A stretch of DNA of 63,666 bases, the filler included, from Octopus bimaculoides (lineage: Eukaryota): NCBI RefSeq assembly GCF_001194135.2. It is 6 parts of 6 records of this genome, joined end to end, with 100 filler letters (N's around TTAATTAATTAA, not from the genome) between each part and the next. Parts side by side here need not be neighbours in the genome. Positions count along the whole stretch, not along the records: positions 1 to 23,960 come from NC_068981.1; 5 more parts are not named here. The stretch is one strand, 5' to 3'. Shown here in pieces: positions 1-12,152 of this stretch (position 1 is the first letter of the stretch; every line of letters begins with the position of its first letter). Position numbers and translations under genes: made by a program. The notes beneath the pieces are model-generated. The model searched no databases. It saw only the letters and a list, made by a program, of their open reading frames with translations, and was not told the DNA's origin.

Positions 1-554
1 ATATATATATATATATATATAATCTGTTACATGGTATGCCAAGTTAAGCAGTTCTTTTTCTAAATTGCAATTGGGTGGAGTGGATTTTTGGCAGTTAAAT
101 GGATCTCAAGCCTTCGGTAGATAAGTCTAAACCTTGTCAACAAGGCAAACTGCAACTCAAATAATAAAAAAGTATATTTATTACTGTTGCGACAGACTAA
201 ATATATTATGGTATTTTGTTCTAACTTAATATGTTTTGACTTTAAATTCTGCCAAGAGCGATTTTGACTTTCGTCTATTCAAGTATCAGTGAAATAAGTA
301 CCAATCAAATACTGACATTAATATGATGAATAGTACCTTTCTGTAAATTTGACTTCTATTTTCCATGGGTTGGATACTTTGACATGATCCAGCAAACCAC
401 AGATCTGTGTCAAGTTCTAGCTTTGTCATGGCTTCTACAGCTAGATACTCTAGATACACATTACTTGTGTGCTGCGTGCTTTTTATGTGCAACTGGCACT
501 AGTGAGCCAAGTAACTTACAAAACAGAGAAAGAACAGTGTAGAAAAATAAAGAT

Positions 555-706
555 CTTGTGGTAGTTAGTTACTTCCTTTTACAATCTAAGTTCAGTTCAA
601 ATCATGTGGTGTCCATAAAATATCCCTCGAGTACTGGGACCAATGTAATTAATTATACACCTCTCCTAAAATTACAGGCTTTGTGCTGATGCAAGAAATC
701 ATTATT
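555..706 (+). mobile_element. Old, decayed SINE fragment (family B core and tail)
   Basis: gagtactgggaccaatgtaatt...ctcctaaaattacaggctttgtgc resembles the intact family-B copies at 36552 and 43912. Confidence 0.5.
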
Positions 707-713
707 GTATATA

Positions 714-1115
714 CAAGATGGGGCTGAAAAGTTTCTGGCTTTCATCATCATCCTCATCATCATCATCCTCATCATCGTTTAAATGTTCACCTTCCATTCT
801 GGCATGGGTTGGACAGTTTGACAGGAGCTGGCCAGGCAGGAGCCTAAACCAGACTTCTGTGTCTATTTCGGCAGGGTTTTTATGGCTGGATACCCTTCCT
901 AACGCCAACCACCCAGCAGAGTGCTTTGGGTAAAAGAAAATACAGGAGGATCAGTTAATTATCATTTTATTCAACATATTCCCCTCTCAGATTCACACTC
1001 TTATTGCAGTGGTCCTTCAGTTTTTCTGTACCCTGTAAAAGAACTCGGAAGTTTGGGTCTCCAACAAGGCGTTTCGTGATACCCTTAAAGCCAGGAACTT
1101 TTCAGCACCCCCTCA
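714..1115. mobile_element. Mariner-derived MITE with an RTE 3'-tail insertion (742-929)
   Basis: Left TIR caagatggggctgaaaagtttctggcttt and right aaagccaggaacttttcagcaccccctca are inverted; TA on both flanks (712-713, 1116-1117). Confidence 0.8.
742..929 (-). mobile_element. 5'-truncated RTE 3'UTR / (GAT)n tail copy
   Basis: catcatcgtttaaatgttcaccttccattctggcatgggttggacag...ggatacccttcctaacgccaacc is the reverse complement of the tail seen at 18163-18313 and 36972-37134. Confidence 0.8.
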
Positions 1116-1162
1116 TATAAGGCAAAGGAGATAGCTGGAAGTATTTTAACAAGTTGTTGTTG

Positions 1163-1375
1163 TTGTTTAGTTCCAAGTCAGCCCTAACTAAGCCAACTTA
1201 GGATCAAATGTATTTCAGCCATGACCAACCTGTTTATTTGCAGACATTGAATTTTGTAGTCCTTTATCAAAGTCTTACAAAATCCACTGCATTCTTCTAC
1301 TTTTAAGACATGAGGGTATGATTTGAGGGAGACTTGGCTACTATAACTTTCAGGTTGAGCAACCACAGAGAAGCA
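1163..1375. mobile_element. Decayed SINE-like interspersed repeat
   Basis: (GTT)n followed by tttagttccaagtcagccctaact...gatttgagggagacttggctactat, recalled as a common octopus repeat; single copy in this window. Confidence 0.35.
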
Positions 1376-1606
1376 ACAAGTTAGAAGTAATACATCATTG
1401 CAGATTTTAATTTCATCATCCTTGGTTCCAAATTCAAATTTGGGTGGGTTAACATTGATTCAAAAGCTGCATAAATATTTACCTTAATTATATATATACT
1501 TAATTAACTTCAGGTATATACCTAGCGTATACATCTGAAGTTCTTGCAGGTGATAGCTAACTTTGTGAACTCTTAATAATTCTTTTCTTTTATCATTTCA
1601 TTATAG

Positions 1607-1741
1607 ATGATGTATTTGACAGCAATACTTCCATATATTTTGGTCCTGCCTCTCCTAATTTGCATTTGCATGTTAGATGGTGCTTTACCCGGTGTAAAAT
1701 TTTTTCTTACACCTGGTTGGGACGCATTACAGAAACTACAG
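1607..1741 (+). CDS. SLC6 (SNF/NSS) transporter, internal exon encoding TM5-EL3 (135 nt, phase 0/0)
   Basis: Acceptor ttatag| and donor |gtatgt. Translates MMYLTAILPYILVLPLLICICMLDGALPGVKFFLTPGWDALQKLQ, matching SLC6 VVYFTATFPY...LPGA..G..FYL.P.W. 135 nt is the size I recall for this exon in vertebrate SLC6 genes. Confidence 0.93.
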
Positions 1742-1824
1742 GTATGTAATCAACTATTCACAAAATTCAATAGAAAATAGTTTATTTCATTTATAATCAC
1801 AAAAAAAAAAAACTTTGTCTTTTC

Positions 1825-2428
1825 TTTTATTTCTTTCAATCACTAGATTGCAGACATACTGAGGCACAACTTTGATGAATCTAGTTGACCAAATAACCCT
1901 ACTGTTATGTTTTTTAAGTCTGGTACTTATTCTGTTGGTCTTTTTTTGCCAAAGTGCTAAAGCGTTAAGTTATAAGGAAGTACATTAGCCAACAACAGTT
2001 CTCAAGTGGTGGTGGTGGTGGTGGTGATGGTGGTGGTGGTGGGAACAAACACACACACATATCCATGTACATTTCATCATCATTACTATCATCATTTAAT
2101 GTCCACTTTCCATGCTGGCATGGTTTGGACAGTTTGACTGAAAATTGGTAAGCTGAGGAGCTGCACCAGGTTCCAGTTCTGATTTGGCAAGATTTCTATG
2201 GCTGGATGCCCTTCCGAGCATCAGCTAGTCCAAGAGAGTAGTGGGTGCTTTTTTTACATGCTACTGACATGGGTGCCATTGACTTGACGCCAGCATCAGA
2301 CATGACTACAATCTCTCTTAGCTTGACAGCTCTACACAAGCATGGTATATCGCCAAAGGTCTCAGTCACCTGTTACTACCTCTGTGAGGCCCAATGCTTG
2401 AACAATGCTTTTTATGTGCCGCCGGCAC

Positions 2429-2478
<50 letters not shown>

Positions 2479-2603
2479 TTACCAAATTCACTCTTACCAA
2501 ATACACAAATAGAAGACACTTTCCCAATCTGCCATGCAGTGGGACTGAATCTGAAATCCCATGGTTGCAAAATGATCTTCTTAACTGCACAGCCATGCTT
2601 GTA
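1825..2603 (-). mobile_element. Decayed family-A SINE (1825-2060 and 2475-2603) split by an RTE 3'UTR insertion (2076-2430)
   Basis: Both flanks align to the intact family-A copy at 3113-3513; the middle matches the RTE 3'UTR at 49690-50091. Confidence 0.7.
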
Positions 2604-3112
2604 GTATTTTGGCTTGAAAATTTATAATTATTTATCCATAAGTAACAGTTTTTTGTTGTTCTTTAGACAGTTAATGTGAACAAATATCGTTTATAACTTT
2701 AATTAAATTAAAGTTCAGTATTTTCAAATCTTTGACATCAATGAGATGTTCATCCTTTTTGTGTTTTAGCTAATCTATTAACTTTACAAGTAATACAGTT
2801 ATTACTGTAATGTAATTTCATAGTTCCATCATATAGCTCTAAATTGGTCTGAGAAATCTGTAAACATCCAGCTTCCTCTTCGAATTGACAGGAAGGAAAA
2901 TCAAAGGGAACAGCCATGAACATAAGATAAACACTAATGTATATGGTGAATTATGCACACCAGAATTAAATTGTTAGATGTCATAGTAGTGGGGCAGAAA
3001 GATTAAATTATTAAGCCAGAGATCATCGGGGGAGAAGGTTAGAAAAACAATCAAGAAGAAAACATGCGATTTACAGGAATGATTTGACCTATACAATACA
3101 GAGAGAAACAAA

Positions 3113-3513
3113 TACTCTTTACTCTTTTACTTGTTTCAGTCATTTGACTGTGGTCATGCTGGAGCACCGCCTTTAGTTGAGCAAATTGACCCCAGGACTT
3201 ATTCTTTGTAAGCCTAGAACTTATTCTATTGGTCTCTTTTGCCGAACCGCTAAGTTACGGGGACGTAAACACACCAGCATCGGTTGTCAAGCGATGTTGG
3301 GGGTACAAACACAGACACACAAACACACATACATATATATACATATATACGACGGGTTTCTTTCAGTTTCTGTCTACCAAATCCACTCACAAAGCTTTAG
3401 TCGGCCCGAGGCTATAGTAGAAGACACTTGTCCAAGGTGCCACGCAGTGGGACTGAACCTGGAACCATGTGGTTGGTAAGCAAGCTACTTACCACACAGC
3501 CGCTCCTGCGCCT
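3113..3513 (-). mobile_element. Near-intact tRNA-derived SINE, family A (~400 bp)
   Basis: - strand head aggcgcaggagcggctgtgtggtaag...ggttccaggttcagtccc with A/B-box-like motifs, conserved core gggcaag/acaagtgtcttctactatagcctcgggccgac, internal AT/GT microsatellite and an (AAAGAGT)-like tail. Multiple copies in the window. Confidence 0.9.
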
Positions 3514-3601
3514 ATTGTAAAGTTTATATGAAAATGATAACTGAATTTACTCATTTTAATGCTTTCAAAATGTGTCACTGATTTCTTTGTCATTTGTTTT
3601 C

Positions 3602-3836
3602 AAAACTCTTTTGACACTGGTTTACCTGAAACTTCCCCTGGTCCTATGATTCAAATTTCTTGTTTTAAAGTGATCTAAATCAAAACCTTCCATCAAAACT
3701 TCCTGTTTCAATTTATGCTCCAAATACCAGCTTAATAATGACAAATTTATTTAACTACATTCTTCATTATTTTTTATAATTAACTAAAAGAAAGAAGTGT
3801 GCTATTTCTACAGAGATATGGTAACAAGAAGGTTAA
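3602..3836. mobile_element. Decayed piggyBac-type (TTAA) MITE
   Basis: Starts aaaactcttttgacac and ends ggtaacaagaaggttaa, degenerate versions of TTAACCCTT...AAGGGTTAA. Confidence 0.4.
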
Positions 3837-3864
3837 CAAAATATTATCATTCTATCATTTTCAG

Positions 3865-3968
3865 GTGTGGTCTGATGCAACTAAACAGCTTTTTCTTTCA
3901 TTAGCTCTCGGTACAGGGAGTATTTCAGTATTAGCTGGTTATACTCATTTTCACAGCAACTGTTTTAG
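3865..3968 (+). CDS. SLC6 transporter exon encoding TM6 (104 nt, phase 0/2)
   Basis: Acceptor tttcag| and donor |gtaagt. Translates VWSDATKQLFLSLALGTGSISVLAGYTHFHSNCF(R), matching VWxDAAxQIFFSLGxGFG.L...ASYNxFxNNCYR. Frame is continuous with the previous exon. Confidence 0.95.
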
Positions 3969-5299
3969 GTAAGTTCATTTATTTTTTTAATTCATTTCTT
4001 AATAAAAATGAAAAACATTTCATAACTTAACATGTAAACCATGCACTGAATTCATTAACTTATGGAGGTTTAAAAAAAATCCAGTCTTTGTTTAAAGTTA
4101 ATATTAAGGACTACAAAATACCAATCAAAGAATGCAAACCAAAACCTTGTGAGTGTAATTTGGTTGTTAGAAACTGTGTGGAAGCCTGTCAGAAAGAGCA
4201 TTCCTATTTTGATGGTGGTAGATTTACCTTGGTCATTGCCTGCCCTTAATACTCTACTAAATTGCAAAAATGACAAGAATTCAGACCAGTTCTGCAGTCT
4301 GAAGATGGTTTCCTGCCTGCCTTCCACCAGTCGCAAAGACCCTCAAAAGACCATAAGCATTGCCTTTCCTTTTCTGACTATACCATGTAAAGAAAATATA
4401 TTTTTTAAAACCCAACATGAAAGAAACTGGCTATAGAATGGAACTGTATACAAGGAATGTCTATTACAAATCTATAATGTCTTTTAGATTTGATTTGTCG
4501 TAGATTGTATCTCCTCTTTTTCTGTGGTCAGGCTTCAATGAAAATTTGAAGGTTTGGTCTTCTTCTCTGAAAGATGATTTTAAATGTATGGTCTTAGAAG
4601 CAAATTATTATTAACTATATCCTACCAAGTACTTTAAATCCATTCTGCAGATTTATGGTTTTCCTGATTCTTCACTAAATAAACTGTCTATTACCATCAT
4701 TACAACCTAATTATCTAGTTAATCTTGCTGGTTGTTGTGGTAGCATATGATTAACTAACTGATTCACTAGTTGTCCATCTGGCTAGTTGTCCATCTGGCT
4801 AGTTGTCCAACTAAGTAGTTGATTTGTTGCTCATTGGCAATTTTACATATCATATAAAAAATTATTTTGCTCTATGGTCAAAGCATTTTTGTGATTGCAT
4901 GAAGATTGCAGGTTGAGTTGGGTCAAGTAGCGTTTTAAAAATATTTTAACAGTATTAATTAAACTAAACCATTAATATTGGATACATTATTAATAAATTT
5001 TATAGAAAACATAAGATCTTTAGTGTAAGAAGAAAGTTTAGATTAGAAGCATCATTGTCAATGGTAGGCTTAATTCATTGTCAAGGTCAACTCCATCATC
5101 TCACCCTTGGATGCCTTTAGTAGACTGAATCTCACTTTGAGGATAACTTCCTCCTTTCTTCCACAAGCCTTGGAGATCTTATAAAGGGTCATGGGCACTA
5201 CTCTTCCATCTCTAATTAAGCCAAAAGCAATTTCTTTTTTAAATGTTTGAGTCTAGTGAATTCTTATAATTGTTTTAATACAGGTTTTTCCCACACTGA

Positions 5300-6560
5300 C
5301 ATAAATTGGACTGGTTATATGTTTAATATTTTTATTTAGGTTTCTAGGTTTCTGACAATAAGTCCATTCGGTGAAGAGAAGTAGTCTCAGAACTAACCTT
5401 ACCATTTCTTTCCAGGTCTTTCTTGGTCTGCTCACACAACAGAAATTTTTCACCAACAATACTTTCACTCAATTATGTGTAATCCATCAACAATACATAA
5501 TTAAACCAAAGTAATCCTCTCCTGCAGTTAATAGCTTCTGGTGCAAAAACAAATCATTTGCACTCTTCTTTCATGTAAATCAACATTGCACACCCAACGT
5601 GCTATACTCATATCATTTCTCTCCAGCCACTGAAGGTCATTATACATCTTCCATGGTAAATATCAAATAGCAGTACATATTTTATGTATGCTTCAGAGCA
5701 TCTAATTTTCCTAAAGTGAGAGAATAAAAGTAACAGATCCATGAGCCTCTGTCATCCTATTCTTATCATAAATACTATAATTTTACAACATCCAAGCCAT
5801 GCTCTGTAGTAACTGTGTTGCCTAAGTAGAAGAACAAATCTACAACTTTTGGCTTTTAATTCAAGGTTGTTACTTCTGTGCGTTTGAAGTTCTGATTCCC
5901 TACTGAGACTCTGTTTGTTATCTCACTACACATGTTATGTATCCATTGCTTACAGCAATATTTAGTATTAAGTTCATTCTGCTACCTTCCATTTCATTGA
6001 ACAAAGCTCTCTTCCTAGAATGCCACAGGGTTTTTCTTTTCTATCAAATAATACTCTAATCTTTTTTCATATTTAACTTTAAACTTTCTGACTAGACCAC
6101 TCTTCCATGTTTTGAACTCCTCAATAGATTCTATAGAGAGAACCAGATTATTGGCATATAAAAATTTCCAAGGACATCTAGTTCTGAATTCCTGAATAAT
6201 TACCTTAAAGACTATGATGAAGAGAAGATGGATAAGAGCAGGTCTACTGGAACTCACCTGTAAACTAAGATGTTCAATGAATTCATTAATCAAACTCATA
6301 TTACTTGACATCTTTATGTTCTGAAGTACTCTCCTTAACCATTTCTCTACTGGTGATCTTCTGAATACCCACCTGGCCAGACAGCATGGGAACCTTGTCC
6401 CCTTACAGTTTAATTTTTTCCACCAGAAATATAGTATCCATGGTCCTTCACTTAGGCACCAGCATGAATTTCTACCAGCCCAACCTAACTTCATTTTGCA
6501 CTATTTATGATATGTCTTTACCCTACTTACATAAACTGATCTGTCCACTTGTATCTCTCT
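5300..6560 (-). mobile_element. Heavily decayed RTE-clade LINE, RT and C-terminal region
   Basis: LLFIIVFKVIIQEFRTRCPWKFLYANNLVLSIES corresponds to RTE LLFIIVLEALSREFRTGCPWELLYADDL; SRPRKTWKEMVRLVLRLL corresponds to GRPRKTWDEVVKHDL. Many stops and frameshifts. Confidence 0.8.
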
Positions 6561-7044
6561 AATTTTCCATGTCTCTTCGAAGAAAGTTAGTTATGTTTCT
6601 ACAGGAAGGAGCCATAAACTGCCATTCTACATACATGTATAAGACAATATTTGATTAAAAAAATAACAATAGATTCTTTTTGTATCCATTTCTGATAACA
6701 TTGCCAAATGATCTGATACCTGCTTCTGGTTGCCAGGTGAATTTAAGGATGTAAAAATGAAGGGGTTACTCACACACACACACACACACACACATATAGA
6801 TATGACAAAACATATCTAGAACTATAAGCTAGTAATCTCATGCCAAAAATACTGCACAATTTAACTTCTACTTGTGTTTGAGCTGCTGCTAGAAAAATAT
6901 CTTTACAAGATTCTAGACTAATTTTGAATTTTAAAGTTAGTAACAGTTTCACGCTGAAGGTCATTATTCATCAATAACGTTAATTAAGTTATTGAAGGAT
7001 TTATTTATCTCAGTTTTGTCTAATTATGCTGCACTGGGATGGCA

Positions 7045-7450
7045 GTCATATTGTCTTGGGTCCAGTTTCACTGCATGCCACCTTCAGAAAGTATCTTTTA
7101 CTATAGCTCCTGACCAACCAAAACCTTATGAGTGGATGTGGTAGATGGAAACTGAAAGAAACTCATCATATATATATATATATATGTATATATGTACATA
7201 TATGTGTGTGTGCGTGTGTGTGTGTGTGTGGCATCATATGATGGTTGTAAATAAACATCATTGGCATACAAGCAAGGTTGTTTGTTTCCAGTCTTCCTTC
7301 AAAAGCATGCCTACATATGGAAAATTATTACCTTGCTTGGAAACCAATGAGTATTAGCAACAGGTAGGGCATCAAGCCATATAAAATCTGCCTCACTAAA
7401 TTCCATCTGACCCATGCAAACATGGAAAAGTAACATTAAATGATGGTGGT
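7045..7450 (+). mobile_element. Chimeric SINE (family-A head and core, different body, RTE-type (GAT)n tail): family D
   Basis: Core aaaccttatgagtggatgtggtagatggaaactgaaag, microsatellite, body ...attattaccttgcttggaaac..., tail agggcatc...aaaatctgcc...cccatgcaaacatggaaaag...ttaaatgatg. Confidence 0.75.
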
Positions 7451-7750
7451 GGTGGTGATGATGATGATGATGACGATGATGACGACGACGACGACGACGA
7501 TGATGGTGGTGGTGGTGGTGGTGGTGGTAGTGATGGTGGTGAAATCACTAAATTGAAGTTGGATTTATTAAATTAGTAATAATTTATTTTTTTAAATAAA
7601 GAATCCAGTCATAAGTCATTATTTCTGTACCTTTTCTCTCTCCTTTTTCATTTCCCAATTAAAATCCATTTACTGTTTGAAACTTAGACAATTTCAATAA
7701 AAAGAAATGTTTATCTAATTCCCTTTTATTTATTTATTTTTTTTGTTTAG

Positions 7751-7875
7751 GTTTTCACTCCTAGGTTGCACTGTTAACCTTGTTAGTACAGAAATATTGG
7801 GACTATTAATGTTTGCCATTCAAGGAGTTTTCACAAAAATTTATCAACTTCCACTCAATCGTCTAGAAATTCCTG
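7751..7875 (+). CDS. SLC6 transporter exon encoding TM7-EL4 (125 nt, phase 2/1)
   Basis: Acceptor ttttgtttag| and donor |gtaagt. Translates (R)FSLLGCTVNLVSTEILGLLMFAIQGVFTKIYQLPLNRLEIP. Phases fit both neighbouring exons; the TM7 Asn and Gly positions are kept. Confidence 0.88.
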
Positions 7876-7966
7876 GTAAGTTATAATATAGAATTTACAA
7901 ACTTCTACCAATTTAGTTTCCAATGAAACTTGCTGAGTGAAGTATTTATATTTCTCACTTATTTAA

Positions 7967-8185
7967 CCCTTTAGTGCTTAAACGGTCATATCTGGCCAAA
8001 ATATTCTACCTGTTTTATGTTCAAACTAGTCAGATATGGTCATTCATAGCTACCTTATTGTGTCATTTTAAAAATAAACAATCACATAATTGAAATCTCA
8101 AAGCCATGAAATGATGCAAGATTAATTTTACATGGTGTGAATACATAAGTTTTACATTTGACAGAATAATCTGAATGCTAAAGGG
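7967..8185. mobile_element. piggyBac-type MITE with TTAA target duplication
   Basis: TTAA|ccctttag ... ctaaaggg|TTAA (TSDs at 7963-7966 and 8186-8189). A related diverged copy lies at 36115-36338. Confidence 0.85.
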
Positions 8186-8395
8186 TTAAGACCATAGTAA
8201 TTAAGTATCTTTTATACTTGTTATTCTTTTTAGTCTCAATAATTTCTATATGGTTCAAGAACTGTTTCAAAAGCAAGAATTTTCAATGAATTTATAATGT
8301 GTTTGCTGATAAAAATTCTAAAATCACTGGCTTTGTGCCAAAATGTGAAAGAATTTGACACAGAAAAGACAGTCTATAAGATCTTTTATATCTTA

Positions 8396-8801
8396 ACTTT
8401 TACTTGTTTCAGTCATTTTGACTATGGCCATGCTGGAGTACCACCTTGAAGGGTTTTAGTCAAACAGATCGACCCTTGGACTTATTATTTTTTGAAGCCT
8501 AGTACTTATTCTATTGGTCTCTTTTGCCAAACTGCTAGGTTACGAGGGACATAAACATACCATCACCAGTTGTCAAGCAGCAGGGGGCGGGGAACAAACA
8601 CAGACACAGAGACACACATACATAGAAATATACATATAAAATCGGTTTCTTTCAGTTTCCATCTACCAAATTCACACACAAGGCTTTGGTTGGCCCGAAA
8701 CTATAGTAGAAGACACTTGCCTAAGGTGCTAAGCAGTGGGACTGAACCTAGAACCATGTGGTTGAGAAGCCAGCTTCTTACCACACAATCATGCCTGTGC
8801 C
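8396..8801 (-). mobile_element. Family-A SINE, full length, diverged
   Basis: Collinear with 3113-3513 over its whole length. Confidence 0.88.
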
Positions 8802-9197
8802 ATAATTCAGTGAAAATATTTCAAAAGTATCTTTTTCATCCACACATACATGCACAAGCATACACACACAACACATGCATACTCACATACACACACATAT
8901 TGATTCAATGAAAGTCGATTACCTTCATATATAGTACTCAGTACATATTACAAGTGTAGAGTTTCATATTTTTATATTTAATCATTTGTACTATGATCAT
9001 TTCAACTCCTGGTCAGCTTTAAGTGTCCAGGACAACCAGGAATTACAACAAATGATTAAATAAATATATATACATATGTAAGTATGGTGGGGGTACCCGA
9101 GCATGGGCACAGCCACTGGTTGAAAGCAATAAAAGGAATTACATGTGTGTGTGTGTGTGTGTGTCTGTGTTTGCACGCACGCGTATGTATCTCTTGT

Positions 9198-9420
9198 CTT
9201 TTACTCGTTTTAGTCATTCAACTGAGCCAGGCTGGGGCTCCACCTTGAAGAGTTTTAGTTGAATAAATTGACCCTGGTACCTTTATCTTTTAAGCCTGGC
9301 ATTTATTATATCGATCTCTTTTGCCAAATAGCTAAGTTTGGGTATGCAAATGCACTGACACCAGTCGTCAAACAGTGGTGGATGATAAACACAGCCACAA
9401 AGACACACACATAGATATAT
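9198..9420 (-). mobile_element. Family-A SINE, 3' half
   Basis: Aligns to the 3113-3330 portion of the intact copy. Confidence 0.75.
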
Positions 9421-10732
9421 ATGTAGGCATGATTGTATGAATGCATGTATTTATGTATGTTTGTATTTTTGTATGTACATATGTATGTATGTCATTATTC
9501 AGTTTTATTTCAAGATTTCTTACCAAATGACTGAAACAAGTAAAAGAGTAAAAGAGTATACATTAGACAGTTTATATTTCTAGTCATTTCTAATTGCATA
9601 TTACAAACTGAGGATAGACAGAATTTTGGACTGTGGGATTCTCAATTATTAAAATGTATCATTTACTGTCTAATTTGTGAAAAAAATGTATTTTAATAAA
9701 TGTAGGATAATAATTTGCATGGAACTGCAGGCAGAGTTCTTTTGGATATGTTAGACCAACCCTAGCTATGTTCTATATTCCATGTTTCATTTCTTTTCTT
9801 TGCCATTTAAGTTTCCTACTTCTTTCAAACAAGCTTTGATCAAAACGTAATTAACTATATTGTCAGTACAAGTTTAGCTCTTCTTTCTCTTTTCCTTCTA
9901 TTGATATTAACAACTTGTATAAATATGTATTCAATTTGTAAATGAATGCAATTCAGAAGCAATATTCTCTTGTAAGTGCATTCTTTTACCTCATTATCTG
10001 ATTACAGGAACAAACTAACCACAAGTGCTGACACGTTTTTCTTTATTGATAATCACTCTATAAGAATAAAATATTTGCCCCTACATTTATCTCTTTTGAC
10101 ATTACTCTGCATATGTAGTTAGCTTGCAATTGTATTTGTGTAATCTAATTACATGACTTTATTAATTTCCTATTGCTACTGTACTTTGCTGTGAATGACC
10201 TGTCTTTATAAGTAAACCTTTTACAACAGCATTCTTTTATGATTACCTGCTTACATGAAGTTACTTGTTATGATGATATTCTGCTGTGATTACCTATTTG
10301 TATAAACAAACTGCTTACAGCTATATTTACCTCATCTAATAACATCTATATAAAACAAATACCTTTATAACTGCATTCTTCATTTCAATCAGATTTCTGT
10401 AAGGACATATTCTTTACAATAGCATTTTTTTTTTTTTTTACCCTGAATAAACCACTTCAGCATAATTATTCATCATTGCAATTATGTATTTTAGAATAAA
10501 ATAAGTCTAACATATAACTTTCATTTCTATATAATACTTTAAAAACATCATAATAAGTTTATACCTTTCCAAGTTGTATGATTAATTCTTAGTAATAATA
10601 TTCCACCTTTCTGTTTGAGCCATTATCAACTTCCTAAAATCTTTCCCATTATATTTCCTAATGTACTCAACTTAAAATATCTATTCTAATTTCTGAACCC
10701 TTCAGGGATTTAACCTTCTACATCATTATATC

Positions 10733-10771
<39 letters not shown>

Positions 10772-11061
10772 AGTAAAAATAAATACAAAAAAGGTGTTTT
10801 TTTTGTATGATTGTGTATAGAGGAATATATTATTTTGTTTAAAAGAGTTCCAACACTGTCTGTTTTTTATGTTTTATTTATATTCCTGCAGAACCAATGT
10901 GGGGTATAGAATATGGAATATACAATATATAATATAATATACAATATATAATATAAAATAAGATAAAATAAAAATGGATGGCACCATGAAAGAAAGTATT
11001 GAATGTAGATGAAATATTGAGTGTTCAATATAAAGGATCAAATATATAAATATAAGTATAT

Positions 11062-11106
11062 AAAGGCGACTCGAGTTTCAGGGCTATTTCCCTTCGTCAT
11101 GGCTGG
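11062..11106 (-). ncRNA. Hammerhead-ribozyme-like motif (type I, minimal, Penelope/retrozyme-like), probably decayed
   Basis: - strand reads aUGACGA-AGGG(aaauag)CCCU-GAAA-C(UCGA)G-UC: core boxes, 4-bp stem II, short stem III with palindromic loop and a GUC triplet. C3 is changed to A and stem I is imperfect. Confidence 0.5.
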
Positions 11107-12152
11107 TATGACAGACTTTAACAGATGTATGTATGTATGTATGTATGTATATATTCATTTAGAACTTCATATACTTAACATTTATTTTTCTATACTAGCA
11201 TGGGTTAGAAGGGAAGTTATTTTAAACAAGATTTTACCGTTGAATAATGCTCTTCCTATCAGCAACCCTTAACTATTTCCAAGTAAGGGATTTTTTAAAT
11301 TCTAGACATCTTCAAAACACAGAGGAACCAGGCATAATGTCAACAAGGAATGTTATATATATATACCCACACATATAAATATATATATGGATGGATGGAT
11401 GGACGGACGGACAGAAGGATGGATAGACAAACAGATAGACAGAAGGATGAACAGATATAAATGAAGTGTATATAACTAAAACTTTTGGTAATTTCCTCAG
11501 AATATAAGAGGATAAGTTTAAGTTGAATATGAAGAGGATTCTGATTAATGATTTGATAAAATAACTATCAAATGAGTTCATTCAGAAAACTGAAACTTAG
11601 ACTAAAAGAAAAGATAGAGATATACCAAGATAATTAAAAATGATGAAAATGAACCTATCCAGTTTGTGTTCAAGATTATTAATCCATAAGGCATAATGAT
11701 TTAGTGGTATTTAAGCTGCATTTCATAGGCAGCAGTGCTAATTACTCTTAATGTCTCTGTTTATTTAACTGAAAGTAATTACCATTATCTTTTACAATTG
11801 ACTAATTATTTTTCCAAGGAACATTTAACTAACCACAAAATGCTCTTTAGATTTGCTGAAATGATCACATCATAGAGACTAGAAAGAGTAATTACTAGTT
11901 AGATAGAACAATTACAAATTCTTTCAAACACAATCTTTGTTTCAGTAGGTTCAAAATGAAAGAATTCTTTTTGTCTGCCATTTGCATCTGCTTTTTGTCT
12001 GCCATTTGTTGGTGAATATGCATATTGATATTTTGAGTTCAATCTCACTACACAGTACCTTGGGCAAATGTCTTCTTCTGTAGCCCTGGGCCAGCCAAAG
12101 CCTTGTGAGTAGATTTGGTTGATGGAAACTGAAAACCTGTTGCATATGTATA

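Noticed and set aside
4767-4809. 16-bp tandem repeat ctagttgtccatctgg, about 2.7 copies
   Set aside because: Ordinary local slippage; too short and spacer-less for a CRISPR-like or functional array.
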